Part shown: one piece after another, positions 12,145 through 24,699 of the stretch
Layout of the letters: each line of letters opens with the position of its first letter
Numbering within the stretch: the first letter of the stretch is position 1
Source: Lama glama
Taxonomy: Eukaryota
DNA length: 64,000 nucleotides
Direction: 5' to 3'
Assembly: GCA_028534125.1 (NCBI GenBank)
Contig: CM052817.1
Span: 6,264,001 to 6,328,000 of the forward strand
The notes under the pieces: model-generated
What the model was told of the DNA's origin: nothing
Seen by the model: only the letters and a program-made list of their open reading frames with translations
The model's database searches: none
Made by a program: the position numbers and the translations under genes

Positions 12145-12789
12145 TACAGTCAGCTCGGGGTCAAGCACAGGGTGTGGCTAAATTCAGCTAAAATGGATGA
12201 GGCTGGGCTTGGCTGGCGGGGCTGTCAGGGGTGGAGCAAAAGTTTATGGGCCAGTCGCAGGCAGCCAGCACAGAGGGAGCTGTTCGCAGCGTGTGATGCA
12301 AAGGGGTCAAACCAAGTCAGTTACATGGAGGCTGCTCTAGTGTTGGCAACCAGTGATCCCAGTGGGAAATGATGTGCTGGGTTACAGTATTCTCCAGGGC
12401 ACCCCCTTTGTTCTAGATCTTTCTGACAACAAGGGCTAGCCCAGGCCTGGTCCAAAGCTAACTCTCAAAAGCCATCTCTTGAATGAAAGCATGGACATGA
12501 AGAGGTTCTTAAGTTTAGATGGACGAGGCCATGTCCAGCAATGAACTCTAATTAAGCAGGAGGAAAAGTGTGTATCAAGGAGAGAGACCATGAGTGTGAC
12601 TGACTGGCAGTAGATATGATGCCGTTTCACAGTGTTCCGTCTTTCCCTCCTCCTTGGAGCCTGTCTTCTTGTCCCTAAAGTGAGGACCCCAGCACCTGGC
12701 CCATAGTTTTCTCATGAGCACTAAATAGGTAATAATAGTTGCTCTCAATACATTATTACTTGTCTTTAATCCTATCTCTGTTTTTTTTT

Positions 12790-12960
12790 TTGACCCTGAG
12801 CAGGTCCTTTACCATCTCCACACTTCACTTGTGCCATGTGTAAAACAGCTATTAAGAGCACCTACCCCAGAGGGTGCTGGAAGATTGAATATTTCATGTC
12901 AAGTGCTTGGCCTCACACTTGACACTTAGTAAGTGCTCAGTGAGTGATATCATTATCATC
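12790..12960 (+). mobile_element. MIR SINE
   Basis: tgaccctgagcaggtcc...tgtaaaa...gtaagtgctcagt. Confidence 0.65.
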
Positions 12961-15039
12961 ATTATTCTGATCATCATCATTAGCAAGATACCTAACTCTA
13001 GAGGAATCAACAGAGGTCAACTATGTTTTTTTCTCCCATTTCTTTTCACCCAGGACAAGCCCGTAAGGTTTCTGTTTCACAGAATGTGATACCAACTTGC
13101 AGAACTGAGGAAATCCACAGGACACATTTCGCTCTCGACTTGGCACAGGATAGATATGGAAGGAAACAAACTAATGAACTCCAGCCTTAGTAGTAGTAGT
13201 TGTCAGTGCTTCTAACACCAAATGCAATGCTCTTCCCTTTATAGTATGTCCTGAAACGATTCCAGCTTGAAATATGCCATGGTGTTGAGGGAGTGTCTGT
13301 CCTTCGTGTTCCTTTCTGAAGCCTGGCTTCTATAACCACAATATCCAGTGTCCATGCAGGCTAAGTCACTTCAGATTTGAGCTCCAGTGCTCCTCAGAGG
13401 AAAGGAAGAAAATGAACTTGCTTTTGTTTGAAAACAGGTTTTGTCCCCATCAAAAGGAAAGCACACGTACGCACACTCACACACGTGAAAAACACACACA
13501 CACCCATGCACACGTCCACACACAGTAGAACAACAGTGGACGGGCTGGCCAGCCTGACAGTTTAGCAAACAGACTCAAAGGGTGAGATGAAAAGGAAACA
13601 GTTGGAGGTCGCATAAACTTGCAGGGGCCTCTCCTGAACTATTTCACTTCTTGTCTAAGAATAGTAATGCTGGCTTACAGGCACTTTTTGCTTCCTGGGA
13701 TGGCAAAGCCCGCTCTCTGTAGTTATTCTTAGAGATGCTGGTTATATTGACTAAAGGAAGCTTGTTGCTTTGAAAGCACTGAACTAAATCTAGAAAATTC
13801 ATTGCCACTAAGAAAGGGGCTCAGATCTGGAGGGCAGGTGCCAGGATCCACATAGATCAAACCACATGTGATGCCTGTGCTTGGTGGAGGTCAGGGTCTG
13901 ACGGAATCAGTGCGAGGAGATTTGGGGTCCGCCTCCCACTAGTTCCGTGGGTTTGGGCAAACCACTCCCAATCCCTACATGAAAAGAAATCTTTGAACAC
14001 CCGGTATATAGTAATTCCTGAAAAACACTTGGCGCATTTCCCAACACTTGGCAAAAATCATACACGATACGGGGCTGCATTACGGGGGCCTCACCGTCCT
14101 TGAGGAGAGAGAGGCGCCGCCCACGTGAACAAGAACAAACACAACCAGAGAAATACTTACAAGACACACAGGAAGCAACACAGGGAAAGAGCTGCTCTTT
14201 CTTTAGAGAAGTAGGGGGAAGACGAGGGAAAGTTTCTCAAGGATGCTAATATCCAAGCTGAGTTAGAAAACATTAGTGAGGGCTCAGTGATGCAGGTTTG
14301 GGCGCTCTAGACAGAAGAAAGGACCTGTTCACAGCCCAGCGGTTTGAAAGAATCTGGTCTCTTTGGGGAGATCCAGTGACGAAGCATTGTGCTGGGGATA
14401 ATGCTGGCATGGAAGCCAGAACTAAGCCATGATCTTTGACCTCCCATCCTTTACTTGGGTGTGACTCTAAAACTCCCCACTTGCATTTTCTGCTGACCAC
14501 ATCAGTAACTGATCAGGCTTTGTCTTGACCTTGCAGGACAGATGCTTACAACCTATTGCCTGGCCTGGAATTGGTGCCAACTTCTTCATTACCTTTAAAA
14601 TTGGAGATGGATGACTTTCTGCCTTCCCTCTGCATGAGGTTATTCTCATGCAATTGTGGAAGTGGGGATGGGAGTAGGAGACAATACTGTCAACCTCCTT
14701 CAAGGCCTGACGACCTGCCCTCTGCCTACTTGAGTAAGTTCAGTTGCCCCTTCTTTCTGACAGCATTACCCCAATGGTCACACGCTTGCTGTCTCTCAAT
14801 CCCTGTCCTCTGCTTTCTGATTGAACACCTGAGAATGTCCTCTTCCTCTCAGTTGTCTAATTTCTATCCAAGTTTCCATTTAAAATTTTATTTTTAATTT
14901 AAACATATTGATATAAAAAGCATACAAAAGTGTATGCAATAAATATGAACAACTAAAAAATGACAACATGAAAATTTCTATACTCATAATGCAGCTATAT
15001 TAAGATACAGAATATTATCTGAGTCTTAGAAGCCATTAG

Positions 15040-16135
15040 GAGGAAGCCACGAATGTATGGTCACCAATTATACCTGAATATTGTGCTGGGGGTTCTGACC
15101 AGCATGGAAGGCGAGACAGTGAAACAAAATGTATAAAGATTGGAAAGAAAGAAACAAAACTCTTATTAATAACACAGAAGATATGATTCCCTATGTAGAA
15201 AATCTTTTAAAAATCAAAAAAGATAAATTATTAGAATTTTTTAAAAGCAAGTTTTCTGAATATAAAATCAATATACCAAAGTGAGTTGAATTCCACATAC
15301 AGAGTTTGAAGCTGTAACTTAAAAACCTGAAATTCATAATAGTCAAATGCACACACATACCCCATCTATATCTATATGCCTACCTACCTATTTATCTACT
15401 TACCTATCTACCTATCTATTTAAGCACATAAAACACCTAGGAAAAGTCCAGTAAAATTCATACAAGCTCGTTATGGTGAAAATTACAAAAATCCCTTGAA
15501 AGATATTAAAGACCTAACAGAATGAACAGAGAGACTCGATATTATGAAGATGTCAGACCTCTCCCCAGATTGAGCTATAGACACAATGCAATTCCAATGA
15601 AGAGGTCAATAAGGTATTCTATAGACCTTGACAAGCTAAAATCCAGAACTCTAATTGGAAATGCTCAGGTCAATAATAGTCAAGATGAAGAAGAAAAATG
15701 GGCTGCTTGACCCTTCCTTTGAAGGTATCATGAACTACTGTAAAGCTAGAGTATTATGTGACAGCTATATTAGGCATAGACAAACGGACAAAGATGAGAA
15801 TACTCACCAACAGCCCAGACAGATATGGAAACCTGATTTATGGGGAAGCTGGTCCTGCAAATCAGTCGGGAAAGGAGAGACTTTTCAAAAAATGGTGCCA
15901 AGACTCTGGGTTATCAATAGGAGGGAAACAAATGAACCCCTAAATCACCCAATGCATGAAAATCAGTTCCAGGTAGATTGAAGACTTGAATATGAAACAC
16001 AAAACCATAAAACATTTAGACGACGCTGGAACAATTCTGTAAGCTCCTAGGGCTAGAACAGACGTCTGAAACAAGACCAACATGTGCAAACGAAGGCAAT
16101 GACACAAGTGACTGACAGCACTAGAGTTTTGCAAT
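15040..16135 (+). mobile_element. Ancient L1 ORF2 remnant (late RT to C-terminal region)
   Basis: ORF fragments LPRLSYRHNAIPMK and YGNLIYGEAGPANQSGKERLFKKWC match L1 ORF2p LPKLIYRFNAIPIK and YGQLIFDKG....QWGKDSLFNKWC. Confidence 0.85.
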
Positions 16136-16189
16136 TTGAGAACTGCACGGACCCCGCCACTCCCTCGGCAAGCGAGTGAGTCCTAGGAG

Positions 16190-18460
16190 ACAGGCTGGGA
16201 GCCACCTAACCTGGGTCCTGTACGTGGAGATTGTGAAAGCTATTATGCTTGTGTTACAAAGAAATTAATCAATACTTATGAAGGATTACACAGAGAAATA
16301 GTTTGGCAGTTTGTACAGACATTAAATGAAGGTATTTTAGTTGCATAAAATGAGGAAGAACATTGTATTCTTCTTGGGTCTACAACTATTTACAAAAAAA
16401 CTGAATTAACACAGGAGACCAGTTGAACTTAGACGGTATCACAGTGTTGATATTTACAAGTTCCGGCACTGGCACTTACACTATTGATCTACCTAATATA
16501 CATGTAAATGTATCAATTACTTCATCAAAACTGATCTTTGAACACTTATGTTCCACACCCAGTACAGTTACATTTGTCTATCTTTGCTTGTAGCTGAAAG
16601 CATATTTTCTATTAATTTTAACTTTTGAAAATTTACTTCACAGACAATAGTTGATATAAACAAATAGGAAACATCTCAAAGGTAAGGATAAATTTGGCAA
16701 AAATTTATCAATAAATTCTAGAAATTGCAATACTGTCTGTGTCTACTGGAATTGATTTTAATAGCTTTCAAATATTTCTGCAGGCAAAATTTTTCCATTG
16801 AAATAACTTCACCTGATAATTTATTATAAATTTCAGTATATTTGATAAAGACTTTCAAAGATGTTCTTCTGCAAATATCAGAGAAATGACTGAATGATAG
16901 AAGACACTGAGATCATTTCGTCCATTGCTTTAGAAGGAGTGTCAGGTCTTGGTAAAAATGATGGAGGCATTCAAACATTGCTTTTTACATTTCTTCTGGT
17001 ATTAGACCAGCCAGCAGCATCTTTTATTATTTCTGCTGGCATTCTTCTTTGAAATTTGACTCTTTTTCCTATATAAATGTTCATAATTTGCAATAATTTT
17101 CTACTCTTACCATCATACAAAACTTCACACCAAAAGGAAAAGATAACTCAGAAAAGAAAATTTCATACAGCTGTCATTGATTGTTTCAAATCTACTGCTC
17201 AAATACAAGCATATGTCTTAAATCACAGAGATACAACATTAAGAACTTACTCTCTTAACAAATGCATGTAATTGAGCTTGTGGTTTGGGGGGTTCACTGT
17301 ACCAATGGGAGTTCTTCAAATTAACTCCCATGTAAATTTATTTTTTATTTATTGAAGGATAGCTAATAAAAATATCTTGCTATGAAACGTACATCTACAT
17401 TATTAAAATCCAGTACTAGACACAACAATTTTTAGAACTTAGATCAACAAAAGACCTTTTCAAGGAGTATTTTATCACTAACCTTGTAGAGTTGCTGGCA
17501 TTTGGTAATATGAAAAAAACAAACGGTGGATGGAACAAGAGATTATCATACTAAGTGAAGTAATTCGGACAGAGAAAGACATATCATATGATATCACTTG
17601 TATGTGGAATCTAAGAAAATGATACAAATGAACTTATTTACAAAACAGAAACAGACTCACAGATATAGAAAACATACTTATTGTTACTAAAGGGGAATGT
17701 AGGGGGGAGAGATAAATTAGGAGTTTGGATTAACAGATACACATTATTATATACAAAATAGATAAACAACAAGGACCTACTATATAGCACAGGGACTTAT
17801 GTTCAATATCTTGTAATAATCTATAATGGAAAGGAATCTGAAAAATAATATATATGTACATGTGTAACTGAATCACTTGGTTGCACACCTGAAACTAACA
17901 CAGCATTGTAAATCAACTATATTTCAACTTTTAAAAAAATCAAACAGACTTTAGTTAGTATCTTTATTATTATACATTCTCCATATTTAATACATCACTT
18001 TATTTCTTGCCCTTTGATGGATCACTCGCACTGCCCACACTGGGTTCACCAGGCTAGATAACATTAAACAAAATAACCTTAAGATATACAGATATTTATA
18101 TATTGAATGTTTAGCTATTTAATCCTATGTAGGTCATGAGTCCTTCAGTTAAAGTCTTGTTTTAGAATTCTTCCCTTCTAGTGATACTGAACTAAAAGCA
18201 GAATGTCGACTTGGCCACCTCAAAATTTCACAAGAGATGAAAAAGTCCGCAATTATATGTAACAATTGTGATAAATCATTTTTAACTTAAACATAAAAAG
18301 GACACAAAGTGTAAAGAAAAGAAGAAAGTGGGTTTTGTGTTTTGTTTGGTTTTGTTGTTGTTGTTTTAAAGAAGCACCACAAAGATCTGGCTGCCCCGCT
18401 GACTTCAGTAGAAGGCTGTTCTCAGCACGGCCCTGGGGCTCTGCGGATTCCCACAAGGAG
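16190..18460 (-). mobile_element. hAT-Tip100 (Zaphod-like) DNA transposon remnant with decayed transposase, interrupted by an L1
   Basis: Minus strand 16500-16730 translates with two frameshifts as LQFLEFIDKFLPNLSLPLRCFL / VCEVNFQKLKLIENMLSATSKDR / NVTVLGVEHKCSKISFDEVIDTF. This matches the hAT C-terminal dimerisation domain (P.L...LR..L.....A.CERSFSKLKLIK.....RL..LA.L.IE.....IDF.EVID.F). Outer boundaries are uncertain. Confidence 0.8.
17525..17932 (+). mobile_element. 5'-truncated artiodactyl-type L1 (ORF2 C-terminus plus 3' UTR)
   Basis: WMEQEIIILSEV resembles the ORF2p end. Approximate TSD aaaaaaa(t)caaac at 17513-17524 and 17933-17945. Confidence 0.9.
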
Positions 18461-19099
18461 CAGTTGTCTTTGTGCTCACTCACCCCTCAGATTTCTCAGT
18501 TTCACCTCTGCTTTTGACCTCAACAAATGTCTTACTTTCTTGCCAACTGAGACAGTGATTAAAACTATTTTCAAAATATTCTCTGTCTTATTTAGCTTTT
18601 AAGCTGTTGCCATTTGAAGAGTCATTCAGGGTATCTAATCAGCTATCCCTTTGGACATCGACAGCTTCTCAAGAAGGTTTTTTTTTTTTTCACTTCCTCC
18701 AGCATGACTGTCTCCCTAACTAGATCTTATCATTGTGGTTTACACTCTCATAGCTTTGGGTACTTCCCCTTTTATAACAGGTCCTCATAGTATTTGTCTC
18801 TCTTCCTCAACCAAACGTCAGCTTCCTGAAGCATCTCTGCATGATTTCTGTAATAGCCTCACCCAAGTACACTATAGGTGCCCATTTCTTTCTTTTCTTA
18901 CTCAATTCTCCTTTCTCAATGTTTCCTTTCTTTATTCATTCCTTCAACAAATATTTAATGAGAGCCTACTGATCTATTTAAATAAGTAGATGAAATACAA
19001 TTTCCTAAGTGTTATGGTATAAGAATTAGAGGGTGAAATGGATGGAGGGTGGTTATACTTAAGCTAGACTTGAGAAATTTAGGAAATACCCACCAAAGA

Positions 19100-19279
19100 A
19101 TTTACAAGTTTCTCACAGCAATTATCCATGCATTAACACTCCCTTTTCTACCTTTCTCCCTTCTCTGTTTCACTGGCCCTATTCTCCCCCTTACACTCCC
19201 TGGAATCATCTCTCAAGAAAACCACCTGCACCAAACCCTTGCCTCAGGCTCTGCTTTTAAAGGAAGCTAAATAGGGACA
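19100..19279 (+). mobile_element. LTR16-type (ERVL) LTR 3' part
   Basis: ccctggaatcatctctcaagaaaaccacctgcaccaaacccttgcctcaggctctgctt...gaca. Confidence 0.7.
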
Positions 19280-19639
19280 CTGATGAACCATCATTTCAGT
19301 CTTCCTCTGTCTCTCTCTCTGTAGTGTGATTTTTAGTTTCAGAGCCTGTTGTTAACTCCTCATTTTCACCAAACTTTTAAAAATAAACTTCTGAGAAAGA
19401 ATCTTATTTCCCCTGGTCCTCTTCTCTAGACCAGACTCTTCTTTCAATCATCAGAAGCCTATAGATTGTCTATTTCAGAGTAAGGCACATGCACCCACTT
19501 ACTCCAATCCATTTTGCTTAGCTGCATAGGGCACAGAAGATTGTCCTCAACAGAATCTACTGACAGAGAACTGAGCATGACAGACACTCTGAAAATGAAG
19601 CATGGGTTGAATTCTTTCAATTCTTTCAATGCACAGGAG

Positions 19640-19790
19640 GTGCACTGTTCCCACTATCAGATGAGAAAACTGAGGCTCAAAGAGGTTAAGTGATCAGCTC
19701 AAGATTTCACACACATTAATGGTGACGTCTGAGCTTACATCCAAAACTTTCTAACCCCAGAGTTCTTTTTATTACAACACAATGTATCTC
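19640..19790 (-). mobile_element. MIR SINE
   Basis: cagatgagaaaactgaggctcaaagaggttaagtga. Confidence 0.8.
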
Positions 19791-19932
19791 CAGCATGAGT
19801 AGCTGGGAGTCAGTAGATGATAGTAAAACCAATATGCCCCTTTAAATTTAATTATAATATGTGAAATGGTAAATTATTTCCTGAAGTGAGCTCATGTCTG
19901 TCCTTTACCTTTTCTGTTTATTTTGAAAGCAT

Positions 19933-20078
19933 ATCAAGATTTTGTGGTAGCTCACAGTGAAAAAGAATGTGACAATGAATATATGTTTATGTTCATGTAT
20001 AACTGAAATATTGTGCTCTAAACTGGAAATTGACACAACATTGTAAACTGACTATAACTCAATAAAAATGTTATAAAA
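19933..20078 (+). mobile_element. Young camelid-type L1 extreme 3' end
   Basis: Near-identical to 20668-20811 (caagat.ttgtggtagctcacag...gacacaacattgtaaa.tgactataactcaataaaaa). Confidence 0.9.
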
Positions 20079-20123
20079 GTTGCAACAATTCTACCTAATA
20101 AAACTGGAAAATGAAAAAAAGAA

Positions 20124-20300
20124 GGTTTCTTCTGCATAGAACAGGAAATGATACTCAATATCTTGTTAATAACCTTTAATGAAAAAGAATATGAAAACAC
20201 ATACATGTATGTATATGCATGACTAGGACATTGTGCTGTACACCAGCAATTGACACATTGTAACTGACTGTACTTCAATAAAAAAAATTTAAAAGAATTA
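20124..20300 (+). mobile_element. L1 3' end of a different subfamily
   Basis: caatatcttgttaataacctttaatgaaaaagaatatgaaaac...tgtacaccag...gactgtacttcaataaaaaa. Confidence 0.85.
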
Positions 20301-20309
20301 AAAAAAAGA

Positions 20310-20811
20310 CCACAGATGACTGGATAAAGAAGATGTGGTATATTTATACAATGGAATACTATTCAGCCATAAAAACGACAGCATAACACCATTTGCAGCA
20401 ACATGGATGTCCCTGGAGAATGTCATTCTAAGTAAAGTAAGCCAGAAAGAGAAAGAAAAATACCATATGAGATCACTTATATGTGGAATTAAAAAAAATG
20501 AACATAAATACAAAACAAACAGATTCACAGACATAGAATACAAACTTGTTGTTGCCAAGGGTGGGGAATAGGAAGGGACAGACTGGGATTTCAAAATTTG
20601 TAGATACTGACAGGCATATGTAGACTAGATAAACAAGATTATACTGCATAGCACAGGAAAATATATACAAGATCTTGTGGTAGCTCACAGCGAAAAAAAA
20701 AATGACAATGAATATATGTACTTTCATGTACAGCTGAAAAATTGTGCTCTACACTGGAATTTGACACAACATTGTAAAATGACTATAACTCAATAAAAAA
20801 TGTTAAAAAAA
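20310..20811 (+). mobile_element. Young camelid-type L1, 5'-truncated (ORF2 C-terminus plus 3' UTR)
   Basis: ORF 20335-20571 contains PFAATWMSLENVILSKVSQKEKEKYHMRSLICGI, the L1 ORF2p C-terminus. Highly similar to the inverted copy at 25765-26260. Confidence 0.95.
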
Positions 20812-21199
20812 CATGAATGATAAAACAGGAAAAGCCAAAAGATACAAGCAATATATTACAACTTTGTAGAGGAAACAGAAAGGTTGGGGGCTAAGTGCTG
20901 CATAGGGGATAGTTTTCCTTAAAGTAAAAATCTCACAGGTAATTGTTGGCATAGTTGGGATCTTAACAGGAGATATTATAGTTGGAAAAACCTGTAAATC
21001 CAAAGCCTCTCTCACTCTAAGAGGACATTTTACCACATGACTATGAAAGCTCGTAAGCAGAAAAACGTATTTGTACGGTTCCCTGTTGGCCAAATATCTA
21101 TTTTTTGCTATGTGAAGCAATGGCCCTTCAAAAATACACACAGTACTTGGCAGGACATTTATTGTTCTAAGTGAAAAGGGAATGTGTTGCCTCAACATA

Positions 21200-21647
21200 A
21201 AAGGAGACCCCAGTAGGGTAGCTAAAACTCAAATTTGTCTCCAGTCTGGATCAAATAACACCACCAAGATTCAGCTCTTCTGTATTTTAGCTCTGACTTT
21301 GATGGGTAGGACTTTGTTCTCTGTCAGATAGAAATAGCCATTTCGGTCCCCACCTCCTCTCAGGTTCCATGCCTACAGAATCAGAACAAAAGTTTACTTC
21401 CTAGGAGACTCAGCACAGATCTCACTGAATACGACTGATTCTGAGGTGATGACTTGCTCATCCCTGAACCAATCACTGTGATGAAAGGAACTGGGCTGCC
21501 TGATTGGTTGGGCCTGATTCCCCAGCTTGGGCACAGTGTTAGACTTACCTAAAACACTCTGATGAAGAGTGACAGCGGAGTGGAAGCCCTAACAAAATCA
21601 AGGTCCTTTTATTACAAGAAAAGAGAATAAACTCTGGATGACCTAAA
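21200..21647 (-). mobile_element. Old MLT1J/K/L-type MaLR LTR
   Basis: tgctcatccctgaaccaatcactgtg...ctgattggttgggcctg motif. Confidence 0.6.
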
Positions 21648-21672
21648 TACACACACACACACACACACACAT
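21648..21672. repeat. (CA)n microsatellite
   Basis: Direct reading of the sequence. Confidence 0.95.
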
Positions 21673-22019
21673 ACAGCAAACATCCCTTACACACCCTATG
21701 TTATCCTCATAAAGAGAGCTGTGGTCCTCATGCTCTGAGATGCAAAGAAGTTCAGAAGCTGTTTGGATTTCAGCTATTCTCAGGTGTTAAAACTAGTGAA
21801 TGGGTCGACAGCTCCTGTAAATGGAATTTAAAAAGCCAAGGATTCAACCAATCAAGACAAATCTCGATTATTCTTTTAATGTCATTGTGGCAAACTCCTA
21901 CTCATTCCCCAATCCTGGTTTATTTTCTACCTTCTCTGTGAAGAATTCCCTCATCCTCCAGTCAAGTTTCTTTCCTGTCATAACTACAGTGATTGTTTAT
22001 AGTTCTACAAAGAAAGTTA

Positions 22020-23690
22020 TTATGTAATGAAAAAAGTTCAAGTCAACAGGAAGGTGTAACAATTATATATAAATATGTATATACCATTAGAGCACCTAAA
22101 TATGCAAAGCAAATATTGACAGATCTGAAGAGAGGAACTGACAGAAATACAATAACAATAGGAGACTTCAATATTTCACTTTCAATAATGGTTAGAACAC
22201 CTAGAGAGAAAGTTAATAAAAGGTGAACTTGAATAATGCTATAGATCAAATGAACCCAATAGACATATTCAGAGCTTTCCACTTAACAGCAGAATACCAT
22301 CATATTTCAGAAATATTGCAGGTTTCATTCCAGATCATCACAATAAAGCAAATATTGTAATAAAGTGTGTCACAGGCATTTTTTGGTTTCCCAATACATA
22401 TAAAAATTGCATTTATACTATATTGTCATCAGTTTGGTGTTCAATAATATTATTTCTAAAAAAACAATGTGTATCCTTTAGTTAAAAATACTTTATTGCT
22501 AAAAAATGCTAACCATCATCTGAAACTTCAGTGAGCCATAATATTTTTCTAGTGGAAAATTTTAGTTCAGTGTTGATGGCTGCTGTGTGATCAGGATGGG
22601 GTGACTGTGGCAATTTCTTAAACTAAGACACTAATAAAATTTGCTGCATCAATTGAGTCTTCCTTTCATTTGAACACTTAGAGGCCATTGTAGGGTTGGG
22701 ATTATTAATCGGCCTAATTTCAGTATTGTTGTGTATCAGGGAATAGAGAGGCCTTGGGAAAGAGAGAGATAGAGGAACGGCTGGTTGGCGGAGCAGTCAG
22801 TGGAGCAGTCACAACACACACAACACTTATCAATTCATTTCAGTGTCTTAGATAGTGTTGTGTGGCACCCCAAAACAATGATAACAGTAACATCAAAGAC
22901 CACTGATCACAGATCACTATAACAGCTATAATAACAATGACAATGTTTGAAGCATTGCTAGAATTACCAAAATGGGACATCGAGACTCTAAGGAAGCACA
23001 TGCTGTTGGAAAAATGATGCCAATAGACCTGCTCAATGTAGGGTTGCCACAAACCATCAATTTCTAAAAAATACAGTATCTGTGAAGAGCAATAAAATAA
23101 GATGTGCCTGTACACACTCTTCTCGAGAACACATGGAACATGCTTGAGTATAGGTCACTTATTAGGTCACAAAACAAGTCTTAACAAATTTAGGAGGATC
23201 AAGATTGTACCAAGTACCTTTTTTTTTTTTTGACAACAATTGAATGAAACCGGAAGTCTAGAATAACAGTAAGAAAATAGGAAAGTTCATAAATACGTGG
23301 AAACGAAACAACACATTCCTGAACAACCAGTGGGTCAAAGAGGAAACTTTTTAACAGGGACGTTAAGAAATACCTCAAGACAACTGAAAATGAAAACACA
23401 ACATTCCAGAACTTAAGGGATTCAGTTAAAAAGTATTAAGAGGGAAGTTTATAGTGATGAACATCTACAGTTAAAAACAAGAAAGATCTCAAATAAATAA
23501 CCTAATTTTACACCTCAGGGAACCAGAAAAAGAGGAACAAACGAAGCCCAAAATTAGCAGAAGGAAGGAAATAAGAAAGGTTAGGGCATAAATAAGTGAA
23601 AGAGAGAATAGAAAGTCAATTAAAAAAAATCAACAAGACTAAGAGTTGGTTTACTGAAAAGATAAACAAAATCCACAAACCCTTAGCCAG
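22020..23690 (+). mobile_element. L1 ORF2 endonuclease and linker remnant, interrupted by a Tigger1 derivative
   Basis: RAPKYAKQILTDLKRGTDRNTITIGDFNISLS is the L1 APE endonuclease motif (GDFN). The flanks of the insertion rejoin as acagcagaata|cacactcttctc (AEYT..S). Confidence 0.92.
22297..23110 (-). mobile_element. Tigger1 internal-deletion derivative (about 814 bp, Tigger1a-type)
   Basis: TA duplications at 22295-22296 and 23111-23112. Right TIR aaataagatgtgcctg. Contains Tigger1 terminal motifs (agggttgccacaaacc..caattt, aaaatactttattgctaaaaaatgctaa). Confidence 0.92.
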
Positions 23691-24199
23691 CGTTCTGCGT
23701 GCACTCCTGTTCATTGTCTTATTGATCTCCGTGTGATCACACTTGGCCAGAGCTGGGTCTGAATGAGCTCTGCACACATGTTTATTAGGTGATTGAGTGA
23801 GGGCAATGCCCAGCACAGCACCGACACGTACGTACTCACCGCACCAAACGTACTGAGCATAAATTGCCCTGGAACAAACAGCCCGACTGTTTATTGGTGC
23901 AAACCTAATCACATTTATTTCAGTTGTCATACAGTGATGAAATAGATACATCAGTAGTCAAACTTCAGACATCTTGTTTACCCAACATTGTCCATCTGTC
24001 TCCACAGCCAAAGAGAATGGCTCTGAGAGATTCTCCTTAGAGAAGTGCACAGGCTGCAGCACACACTTTATTTTGATTTATTTTGCCTTCAGAGACCCAT
24101 TTTTGGCTGATTTCTTCTTCAGTGAGGCTGCTGCTGAGTGTGTACAGGATAACACCAGCCCCAGGATTCCCAACCTGAGTTCACACATATAGCACAATG

Positions 24200-24420
24200 T
24201 TTAAAAGCACAGTTATTGTCATCACACAGACCCAGGGTTGAGTCCTGACATTTCTACACATTAGTAAATGCATGCAGCATTTGTGCCCCTGGGATTGTTA
24301 CTTGTCATCCTTGAGCTCCAACTTATTTACGTGTAAAGACGGGAAAATAATCATACCTAAGTCATGCAGTGTCATGAAAATTAAGGAAAATGCATTCTTA
24401 AAACCTCTAACCTGTGCTTA
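24200..24420 (+). mobile_element. MIR SINE
   Basis: cagacccagggttgagtcctg...gtaaagacgggaaaataatcataccta. Confidence 0.6.
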
Positions 24421-24699
24421 ATTAAAGTCATCCCTTATTTCAATTCTTTCAACAACTGTTAAGCACCTTGTTATATGCCAAGCACTTTGCTAAGTGTTGT
24501 TATGAAGCAGAGATGAGTAAGACACACACACGCTTTCTCAAAGAACTTACAGCCTGTGGAGAATAAAATATACATTAAAGAAGGAGTGAAGGAAAGAAGG
24601 AAGATAGGAATGCAAAACAAAATTAAAAAATAAACTTGAGGATGAGTACTAAGTACATTTTTCTTAGGTTAAATTGAGAACTTGATTCTTATGCTCTTT

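Noticed and set aside
14060..14130. CpG-rich patch
   Set aside because: About 70 bp, far below CpG-island size, and the CTCF-like match is poor.
20335..20571. 78-aa ORF with clear protein homology
   Set aside because: It is the C-terminus of L1 ORF2p in a 5'-truncated copy, not a host gene.
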